Positions 50,501 through 60,788 of a DNA stretch of 64,000 nt are shown here, piece by piece. The DNA is taken from assembly GCA_965285935.1 (NCBI GenBank), contig OZ260663.1, positions 97,092,001-97,156,000 on the forward strand, written 5' to 3'. The stretch is from Ophelia neglecta (Eukaryota). Position 1 is the first letter of the stretch. Each line of letters begins with the position of its first letter. Both the position numbers and the translations under genes were made by a program. Under the pieces are notes generated by a model. That model ran no database searches. It worked only from the letters and a program-made list of their open reading frames with translations, and was not told the DNA's origin.

Positions 50501-53500
50501 AATCTGAATGACCGTTTACTAGTTTACACTCTTAGGAACACATTGGCACAACTGTCACACTTGTAAATAATGTCAGTGGTTCATGGCAACCTTTGAAAAT
50601 AATACCTATATTTTCAAACAAAAAGTGCTACAAAGTCACAATTTTCAATTTTTTTTCCAGAAATTTCCACTCATAGGCCTTATGGTACCTAGTAGGCACT
50701 ATATATTATGAAAAATTTGTTGTATATATTGTAATCGTCGACAAAAATCAATTATAACACTTTACATCAACTAGGGGTTCGGTATACCCTTAAAGGGCCT
50801 AACTTAATTATATACTTAACTACTTACCTTTGGTACTGCTCGTTGTACGCTGCACGATTACGTACTACTTGCTAATAGTTTATATGTAGGCACAATTTAC
50901 GAGGTCGCTAATTTCGGCTACACCTACGTTTTATGACATGGATTATCCCATGATGCATTGTATATCCGGTGGCCATTGGTCAGACTATGCTGTCAAGAAA
51001 TTAGCAAGCCTAAAGAATGCAAATTAACTTCGGGAAAGAGGTTCGTTACTTACCTTTATATGTCCAATATTGTTCCGAAATTACGTAAGAACAAACTGAA
51101 ATACCTTTCATGTGTTGTAAACAATTTATTTCCTTGTATTTCAATTTTTACGGTCACCATCAATAAAGAAACTTCAATTAATTTGTGAATCAGTTTGTGA
51201 CTTGTTAAAAGACGCCCGAAGGCACTTACAGTAGCATCATGATTTATTTTACACAACTTCATTAATTAGTTCGGTATCACATTGATATATTCCTTACACT
51301 AGTGACTACTATCCTAGCATACAGTAGTGCTTTGACATTTATAACTGATTTGCCATCATAGTTTTGATATTTAATTCTTCAGTAAAGCACCATTAACACT
51401 TTCAGCAAGGAGGTGGTGTCATTGTTATGTTGGCTGACATCGTACATCTTTTTTGACCTGACTTATAAGGCAATTTTACTGAAAATATTTCGGTGTCTCT
51501 TTTTATGCATTTTTGCTTTAAAATAATTGAATATTAAATAAAGGATGTATCTGCCTTCCAAACACTTCCAGACAATATCGGTAAAGGGAAACCAGCGATA
51601 CAAAGTGGCAGGTACAGCGAGGAAGCTTCATGGGCTGTCGATGGGGATACCTCCGATCGGATATGCTCCTTCCCATCGTCTTCAAGCGGCCAAGTATGGT
51701 GGATGGCGGATCTTGGCCATCATTATCGTATCGCTAGTGTATTGGTGTATAGCTTGAAAGGAGGTAACAATTCTTCATTTAATGCGAGTTAAATACATTT
51801 AAATAAAGTGAAGGCAACCAATAGTAAAAATGTATCGCATTACCTCGAAAGAATATAATGCTGAATCATGTTTCATCCAAAATCATCTTCAGTTATATAA
51901 GGGAACAATAGAAACACTCTAGTAATATAATAAATATGTTAAATTCATAGAGCGACTAAATAATTACAACGTCTTGGTTGGAAACTCCACTGATGCGATC
52001 AGTAATGCTGAATGCCAGTCTAGCGAAATGGCCAACAACTCTCACCCTAACTTCAGCGAAGTGACATGTGCAAAAGCGATGATCGGAAGTAAGGTGGTGT
52101 TAAAGCGCCATGACGAGTCTGACACCATTATCTGTGAGGTAGAGGTATACGGGAACAGATCAATAGGTAACTGTAACACCAAGTTGATTGTCCAATTTTC
52201 GTGTGACATTTACGATTATTCCACCATTTAAATATTTCTGCTCAGAAATGTATCAAGAATCTAACACTAAGTATATACGTTTCACCGTTGCTCTGAAAGC
52301 CCGGTCGAGAAATATTTCAATGGGTGACTGGTATTTTAAACCTGGGTTAACAATAAATCTCTAACGACTGGCCACCAGTGGAAGATTGTTTCGCAACTTT
52401 TCCTCTGCAATGGCAATTGTTTTCAGAACCAATGATCAAAGAGGAAACACAAAAATATATCTTTGTATTAAAAAACGTTAAACCCAACATAGTTTATCAG
52501 ATTGGAACAGTCATGAAGGTTTTGATATAAATGTTTGTGATATAAAAAGTTGTCTGGCCTGATTTTTTCTTCATTCTTCATTTTGTGACTACTCATCATT
52601 GTAATTTCTTCACAGCAGGAAAGTGAAACACGTTGACCATGAAACCATGAGCTCTTTAGGTTTGATTTGTCAATGAATAAATTGAGCTCATCAAGCGACT
52701 ATTTTATTGCTGTTAAAAATTATACTTTATTCAATTTGATATAGCTAAAACTACCCGTTCAAAGGCGGTTAACATATGCCACACATATTGATAAGTTTTT
52801 TAAAGAGTAATATATCAAAATATGCCCGATTGAAATTTCACGAAAAGCAGGTGCGATACGAAATATTATGGTTTACATTACAGCCCATGTAAAAACCGGT
52901 GTTATAAAAGCTATATGAAGCAATTGGTCATTTAATGGTCGACATAATAAAAATACGTCTCATTATAAAATTAAAATTTCTGTTATTGGACTACACTCAA
53001 CACTAATGAGGAGCATATACCGTGTTTTCGAATAATATCGTTTCTTTCCATTCAATGCTGATTTTTCTTTATTTACAGCCGAGGAAAACGAAAAGAAAGG
53101 ACCTAATCCGAAGACGATAGCAATAATAGGGTGTTCTCTGTTGTTGATACTTGTCATTGTGGCAGTGGAAATGTTCATTTCTAGGTCCAAGTAAGTAAGA
53201 CATTTGTGCAAAAAGAAATAACTGATCTTATTTGGCCAAGGAGGTAATGTGCCCAGATCTTTATACCTTAACTGAAGATGGTAAAACCTTTTTGGTAGTA
53301 AATTCAATGATTAAAATTATTGCATTAAGCTACTTATTAATGTAATTAAAAATGACGACGATAGTAAATTTCAATATTACTAGAAAAAAAGAAAGAATGC
53401 CCAAAAGAAACAGTTCGATCAAACAGTGCCCCAACATAAGTGAGTTTAAGATTATTAGTTTTTTCTCATCATCGATTTACATAACGGTACAACCAGAACA

Positions 53501-56500
53501 CGTATACCTAACAAGTCTTAAGCACACCTTCTTTAGAGAGCAAACTCTTGTTGCATCAAGACAGAAGTTTAAATTGCACGGGGTTTATTCACTTAGTTGA
53601 GAATGAATTGCATTCTGAGCCACTTGAAGAAGGTACTTCAATCATGGATGTTAGCAACGAGAGAGCGAGCGTTACAGGGCTCACACGGGTCAACAGTTTC
53701 AAGCCAATCATCAACAGTACAAGGCAAGCTGGAGCTACTAACGCCAATCGCAGATCTACCATTAAGATCGAGGATTTGAAATCATACATTGAAGAGCTGG
53801 ATATCAATGATCAATTCCAAGTGGAATTTAGCGTGAGTTTCCATTAGTTTTATTCTCTCTCTGTCCTAAATCTGGTTTATATCAAGAATAATAATATTTT
53901 TAACTTATTATTATTATCATAATTACAGAACATTAAAGGACATGTATAAACAGACGCATAATTACATAAGACACCACAGGAAAAAACATTAAACGAATCA
54001 AATTAGCGGGTACTATCCGAAAGTATTGGCCAGCTGCTTTGGCTATTCCAGTGTATGAGCATGTCATTGGGGAGATGTGACTTTACAGCAAGTGTTGTTT
54101 CTTGTGTGTTTTCTATTGTTTGATAATCCATATATTATGTTGCAGGGGATTCCTTCTATTGAAATGTCGGATTCTATCGCAGCTAACCAACCTTTCAACA
54201 AGCGAAAGAACAGGTTCATGAACGTCAAAGCCTGTAGGTTTCTGTGGTGTTTGGTTTACTAAGATACATAATATATACCCTCTACTATGATCTTATTTCA
54301 TTATACTCACTTGCTATTGTATGGATTGAATCATTGTTAGTTTGTTGTTATAAGCCGATTTCGTCTTTTAAGATGATTCCACGAGGGTTATGCTAGAGGT
54401 AGAAAATGTGTCTCTTGATTCTGACTACATCAATGCCAACTATATCACTGTGAGTGTGGACTTAATTAAATAATGTTGATCAATTTTTAGCAGTTAAGCA
54501 TGTAAGTGTCTGCCGCGCTCATAAACCAGTATCTAAATAATGATCTTTTTACACGTTTGTGTTAATTTTCCTCCCGTAGGGGTATAAGAAGCAGCCGAAT
54601 TTCTATGTTGCTACTCAAGGTACAGCCTTTGCATGATTAATAAGTTTATGCCTAAAGTACAATGAAACGATTAAGTCTTAATGGAATGTTGTGTTTGGTT
54701 TATTATTCGTTACCTCATGAAACAAAGGTCGAAACCTGATTAAGAATTCATTGTCGCTCAGCTCCAATTCCATACACCGCCGATGACTTTTGGAAGATGA
54801 TATGGCAGATCAAGGCGAATAGAATAATCATGCTAACACGGACGATGGAAAACGGCAGGGTAATAATAAGCCATTGATTACTTGTAATCAGTGTGAGGTA
54901 ATTGGTGCAGTTGATATATCTTATACATAACAATGATATTTCTTGCTATAAACGGACACGAAATTGTATCATTTCAGAAAAAGAGTCACCAGTACTGGTC
55001 TGAAAAAGTTGGCGAAGAAGTCACTTTTGGGGGGTTCCGTATCAGAACCATGAAGAGAAATAAATTCACTGATTACGCATATTGCTTGTTGAATATCACC
55101 AATGGGGTATGTAACGGTAAAAGAAAAGGTATAAATTAAGGGAAATCTTTCAAGCTTGTGGATTTCAATCTGTGGGTATGAAGTGATATATTTGGAATTG
55201 CCGCATTTTAGATACTCAGCAAAGGCAAATCACATTATTTTTAATATTTTGGCGCTCAAAGGTCCGTTCATTGGATATATCTATTTACCATTTATACGTA
55301 TTAATTGTTCAGGATGAATCTAGGACAGTGCGACATCTCCAATTCATAAGTTGGCCTGATAAGTCGGTCCCGAAACACGCTTACCCACTAGTCGCCTTCC
55401 GGAGGAAGGTCAGGTCGTTAGACAATGTCAGCAGAGGTCCTATGGTAATACACTGCAGGTAGAGTTAATATTATCATTAATCGCCATTTCATTTTAAACT
55501 GGTTTTTTATTACATGTATAAACATCCACTCTTTAAAACATAAACGTTTAAGTATGTTTGATTCTAATGGTATTCAATATCGATGCTGTTTAATTTTCAA
55601 ACACAACATAATTACACCAAGCTAGAAAATGAAATGTGCACATTTTGAATGATCGTTTTCTATCAGTGCTGGTATTGGAAGAAGTGGTGCCTTTATCGCC
55701 CTCGATTATTTGCTACAGCAGGCAAAGGCGGAGTGTCAAGTTGACGTGGTTAACCTCGTCAACAGAATGAGAACTGAGAGGATAAATATGATTCAAACAC
55801 TGGTTCAAATATTTCTATTTACGTTGTTATTTAAAACGAGATGCGATACCCGGCTGAAATTAAATCAAGAATGTCCCATTAAAAATATCAGCAAGTTCAT
55901 TTTGTTATTATTTGTAGGAGCAGTACAAGTTTGTTTATTTGGCATTGTTAGAGGCCGTTACTGTCGGCGATACAGCCATCCCAACTACTGAACTACATCA
56001 GCGCATGACTGCACTTACTACTGAGGACGAAATGGGGTGTTGTCCTCTAAATGATCAATTCAATGTACTCTTCTATTTTCACATTTCTTTCGTCGCTGTT
56101 TTAGTTGCATTCATTTTTTAGTTTATTGACCACAGGACTATTTGTGTCTGGCGAGCCTTCATTGTGGTTGTAGAACTCATTCTTAGCTTAATATAGTTGA
56201 TAATACCATTAAATTACTTATTGAGTACAGACATTGCAAGGACTGAGACCGGTAGTTTCTCCTGGAAACATCGAAGGAGGAAACGACCAACATCTTGACA
56301 AGAACAGGACTATTGACATCCTTCCCGGTATATATTGAAACTAGATCAACTATATAAATTGTGCTTAAAATTATTCCAATTTACTCGGTTTGTCCACACT
56401 TATTCCGGTATGAAAGAAAAGTGTTTAATTTTAGGGCAATACGCGTGTATTTGTTAACCAAATGAATTGTGTTTAAGATATCCTGAGTTGGTTTAAACAA

Positions 56501-58811
56501 GCTTTTTTATGAAATTTTACCCGGAGCGAGGTACGAACCATGAATCTTTCGACTTGGATTTGTGGCATCAATTGACCAGCAGTTCTTTAGAGACGGACGC
56601 GCTATTCTTTCGGCCACGGGAACAACCCTAACATACAGGATAGTTTCCGTACGGATAATAACACACAGGGCTGTTTGCGTGGCTCATTAGATAGTCCTCG
56701 AAGTCTAATTTCCAGAAAAACTATATAAATAGGAAAATGTTGAATACACCAACTCAGAACTTCTTAAAACTCAAAAAATCTTTTGTTGTTTGTATGTCAG
56801 TATGTCTGGCATTTTCCACACGGTTGGTTTTTGTGTGTTATTATCAGGGAAGTTTGAATAATCTTTGTATGTTCATATTAACAATGTTTTTATGGCTATT
56901 CAAACCGGTAGCCATGGAGGTTCAAGTACTGTATAATTAACTTTTCTTATTTTGTCTTAGATGACAGAATGAGACCCATTTTGATGCCATCGAAAGAAAA
57001 TGAAAACACCTACATAAACGCCGTATACGTCGATGTACGAATTGAGCAAAGTCTGAAAAACAGGAATTCAATTTAGAATATATATTCGTATTTATCAATT
57101 AGATATTAATATCTTAACAGAATGAACTTGATCGTTGTATATTTGTATTGTAATACTGTTAATACGAATATTTCATTGGCAGAGTTATGAAAATGAACGT
57201 GGCATAATTGTCACCCAGATGCCACTTAAAAACACCGTGGAGGATTTCTGGCGGCTGGTTTACCAAAATCGACGTTCTACTGTCGTCATGCTTAATCATC
57301 TGGATAGATATGACGAGGTAGGTTATGTCAGGGAAAATGAATCATAGATATGACGAGGTAGGTTGTATCATAGGCACAGATCATATATATGACGAGGTAG
57401 ATTATGTCATCGACACAAATCATAGCTATGGCGAGGAACGTGGTGTTATCGGACATAAGTCATTTATATGTCGAGGTGTGTTATGTCATCGGACACTCAT
57501 CATAGATATTGCGAGGTAGGTTATGTCATGGACACAAATCATAGACATGACGAGATAGGTTATGTCATCGGACATAAATCATAGATATGACGAGGTAGCT
57601 TAAATCATCGGACACAATTTCCGTAAAGTTTGATTTATTATTCTGCATATAATTTACTGGGAAAATATTTAATATTATGTTTACTTGTTTACTATTTTTC
57701 AGCAGTGTACAGTGTATTGGCCGTTTGATGAGGAACCCAAACAAAGCCATGGAGACCTTGAAATCAAGTTTATGTCCTCAACCACAAACGGCCCACTTCT
57801 GACTAGAGACTTCCAAATCACCAATACAAATCCCGGAGGGGTCAACCCAACTAAGGTAACAGACGATATTTACAGCTATTTCATTGAATAAAGCATGTTG
57901 CGAGACTTATTTCATCTATCTTTCAGGGAGCTGAGGAGCCACTGATGGTCAAACAAATCCAGTTGTTAGATTGGTCCAGTTCCGATGATCTTCCTAAAGT
58001 AGAGTCACTGCTTGATCTGATTGAAAACGTGGAGAGATCTGCAAAAGAACAGGATACTAATTTTCTTCTGATGCATTGCATGTATGTCTTATCATTAAGC
58101 AAAAATAAATTTATAAATTGTCTGATGTTTTAGATATTTGTGTCGATGAAGGCGATCTTGAAATTAGTAAAATATAAAATGATTAACGCGCGTCTTATAG
58201 TGTAGATTATGTCTTGAATATACAACATTCTTTGCACATTAATAAGTTTTGTATCTCGAATTTGGCTGCTACAGGGACGGTGCGGCCCGTTCAGGTCTCG
58301 TCTGTGCTGCCATCTACATGATAAAGAAAATGAGAGCAGAAGAGGAAGTGGACGTCTTCTTATCTGTTAGATGTGTCTTCAACAGTAGGCCGCAGTTCGT
58401 TAACACTGTGGTAAGTTTTCATTCTGTAACTACGCGTTTCGTAGAAAATAGCCCAGCAAATCATATCATTCAAACTCGTTGAAACTGTAACATCTGTCAA
58501 TTATTGGACATCTCTGACCAACAACTAGGGTTAAACGATGTAATTAGTTCAGCTGGGCTCGAATACATGAGCGATTCCAAATATTGGATTAGTTTGAGAG
58601 TCCGTGTTGACAAACTACTGCCGCCTCTGCCAGGCAACCGATTACCTAGATAGTTTGATTAGCTATCTTAGTAGCATGATGTAAACACATATTTGATAGA
58701 CAAAGAAACCCACCTTATATAACACGTTTATCTTCGTAGAAGCAGTACCAATTCCTCCATAATGTGGCAAAACAACACCTTTACGCAAATGGAGTTAGTG
58801 TACACATTTGA
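41560..58811 (+). CDS. RPTP-B: receptor-type tyrosine phosphatase, SP-F-type lectin-TM-PTP D1-PTP D2 (21 exons, open frame)
   Basis: Exons: 41560-41626 (MASVLHCLLFGLIVCGTFTDGL), 51572-51763, 51951-52166, 53079-53190 (TM), 53384-53439, 53597-53832, 54146-54233, 54373-54449, 54580-54619, 54762-54859, 54978-55106, 55313-55458, 55667-55802, 55918-56064, 56231-56327, 56961-57034, 57183-57317, 57703-57855, 57927-58081, 58275-58410, 58740-58811 (TGA). D1: KNRF, WPD, HCSAGIGRSG. D2: HCMDGAARSG. D1 exon sizes equal those of RPTP-A. Confidence 0.9.
41705..42168 (+). repeat. 5' LTR (464 bp)
   Basis: Matches 48966-48992 + 50794-51230 with about 3 substitutions; AATAAA at 42100-42105. Confidence 0.96.
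42209..48552 (+). pseudogene. BEL/Pao gag-pol polyprotein, disrupted by stops and frameshifts
   Basis: Three Cys/His knuckles (CILCKNKHDLEGC, CFGCLRWGHTWRAC, CKTCKGKHPTSLH), protease ALLDEQS, RT YVDD, RNase H HHFSDAS, integrase H-H-C-C / SDQGSNF / GGVWER. Stops at ~43722, ~43851 and ~48319; frameshifts near 42320, 47190 and 47657. Confidence 0.95.
48993..50789. mobile_element. Non-autonomous TIR DNA transposon with TTAA TSD, Kolobok-like (GG...CC termini)
   Basis: TIR GGGTATACCGAACCCCTA (18 bp perfect, ~30 bp imperfect); TTAA at 48989-48992 and 50790-50793; the empty site is visible in the 5' LTR; no transposase ORF. Confidence 0.9.
50344..50533. repeat. Nested fold-back (24-bp perfect, ~35-bp imperfect inverted repeat)
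   Basis: CTAGTAAACGGTCATTCAGATTTT ... AAAATCTGAATGACCGTTTACTAG. Confidence 0.8.
51572..52166 (+). CDS. RPTP-B exons 2-3: F-type lectin domain
   Basis: DNIGKGKPAIQSG...WAVDG...ICSF...WWMADLG...ERLNNYNVLVGNS...ICEVEVYG; the first exon is absent from the ORF track in this frame. Confidence 0.88.
56518..56625 (-). mobile_element. Degenerate tRNA-SINE head remnant
   Basis: Minus strand reads CCCGTGGCCGAAAG (A-box-like) ... GGTTCGTACCTCG (B-box-like). Confidence 0.35.
57303..57617 (+). repeat. 39-40-bp minisatellite (~8 copies) that includes an exon/intron donor junction
   Basis: Unit ~ATCATAGATATGACGAG|GTAGGTTATGTCATCGGACACAA; the first copy supplies the true donor at 57317|57318. Confidence 0.9.
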
Positions 58812-60788
58812 AATGGACATTTATCTTCAGCGGTAGAACTCGGTGTAAGGCACTATCACGACAAGAAAACACTGAACTACATAATCATCAACTAAATTTG
58901 GAGAACAAGACAGAGACAAGTAGGTTAAGGGAACCGGCTACAAGTAAAGGAGTTACATGATTGTACCACAAGATTCGTATTTTCCAAACTTCTATAAATT
59001 GTACTATTTTTATTATATATGTCAATATAGCCATGCATTGCTACAGTAAGATTAAACAATATGAGTTACATTTTTAAAAGAAATGTGTTTTTGTTACCAT
59101 TAAGTTGGCTCATTTGAAAATATGATCAACAGATAAGAGTACGCGGAACAAATAAACCGCAGTGAAAAGAGTAAGTAGTAATTTGACCAGTACACTTATC
59201 AAGCTTCAATGACTATTTTTGTCTTGTGTATTAATCATTTCCCAGTGTATATGTGGGAGCAGGGGCTTCCGTGCTGCAGGTCCTTGTTTGTGGAACAGCC
59301 TACCATATGACCTAAATCAGGAATCTTTTATAATTAAGCGGTCGTTTAAAATATGATTATTCAGGGGGCTTATGATGTGTGTCTACAAGTATACTACTCC
59401 ATGAAATATGCGATAGCGAATGCTTTTTTGTTTACTCGAGGTTTCTTGAAATTACAATTTTTTTCAAGTACGCAATTCTTTGTAAAAGTACAGTTCTTGG
59501 ATGTTGAAACATAAGATTGTAAGATAATGGCGCTTACACTAATGGTCCTTTTCAACATCATTATCTTATTATTACATTTATAAATTACGAATGTGATTTG
59601 GTTTTTTAAATCAAACATGTTTTTGTCTTCCTCAAAACATGGTACATGGATTTTGGCTGATACAATGAGATACCAAACTAGTTATTGTAAACTTAGTATC
59701 TTTATATAGCAATGGTTCTTTATTAGTGGCTCTCGGCAGGCACGTGTGATTGAGCTATTGTGCCACACATTTGCACACACTGTGTATTTAACTTGTATCC
59801 TTCTCACACACTTGTATGTTCTTAATAAATGCCTAACGCTTCTTTAGGTTTTTTTCTTTATGATTATTATCATTGTGGTTGTATTATAGCTTTGCCAATT
59901 ATGGAATTTCTGCGGGCAATACACAAAATAAAGCGAAATAGATTAAATAAAATGCAAAATACACTCTTCCTGTTTCAACATGTATTGAGATACGCCATAA
60001 AATATGATATCCATAATTGTACCCCCTCAAATCAAGGTAATGTAAGCTATGACATTAACGAATTCATTTTACACAGGCTATGATTTACAATATACAAGAA
60101 AGCAGCCTTACTTTTCTTATATAATTGACAGCTATCTTACCGGGGAGTATCCGATTTAACTCTATGCCGTCGCCCTTACGCCGAACCGATAAGTTAAATG
60201 CACATTTTATTGTCAATTGTGTGATGGTCCATACCACGTGCATATTTTTAGCAACAGCTACTTTTCCTACTTGGCCGAAAGTGCATCCTTGGATTTAGGA
60301 TATTTTATAAATATATAGTTGAATTGGGTATTGTTGAGAGGAATGTTAGATATCAGGGCGTCAAACTATGCCTTTTATTCAAGGATGGATAGTGGGCGTC
60401 GTGAATACAAGATTTCTGCCAGGTCTGGCTAAGAATGTTATGACAGCTTGGACTTTCGTGCGCAATCGAGTGTCAGACATTATTCCACCAGTTTACCACA
60501 AAATATCCCCTTCTTTAGTTTTAAAGAAGCAGTAAATAGTTCTTATTGTTAAACATACAGTGACAGCCATTTTGTATTAGACAAGGTATTATTATACTAT
60601 GTAATTCCCAATTACCACGATAAGGCTACAGTATATAGAGTAAATGGAGGACAAACACTATCACGTTTGTGTGGTTTCTATCGTTTACATAACCACTTTG
60701 ACTTTAATATGTATGCATACAGGATACGTCAAATTAACCCTCGGTAGAGGGCAGTAACCGCCTGAAGTTGAGTCATAACCAGGGGAAC

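Larger units (their letters stand above)
41705..51230 (+). mobile_element. Full-length BEL/Pao LTR retrotransposon in intron 1 of RPTP-B
   Basis: TG...CA LTRs 41705-42168 and 48966-51230 (interrupted); 5-bp TSD GTAGC at 41700-41704 and 51231-51235; purine tract ATGGGGAGCCA before the 3' LTR; domain order gag-PR-RT-RH-IN. Confidence 0.97.
48966..51230 (+). repeat. 3' LTR split by a DNA transposon insertion
   Basis: 48966-48992 and 50794-51230 together reconstitute the 5' LTR sequence. Confidence 0.95.

Noticed and set aside
48993-50789. piggyBac assignment
   Set aside because: The TSD is TTAA, but the termini are GG...CC rather than the CC...GG typical of piggyBac.
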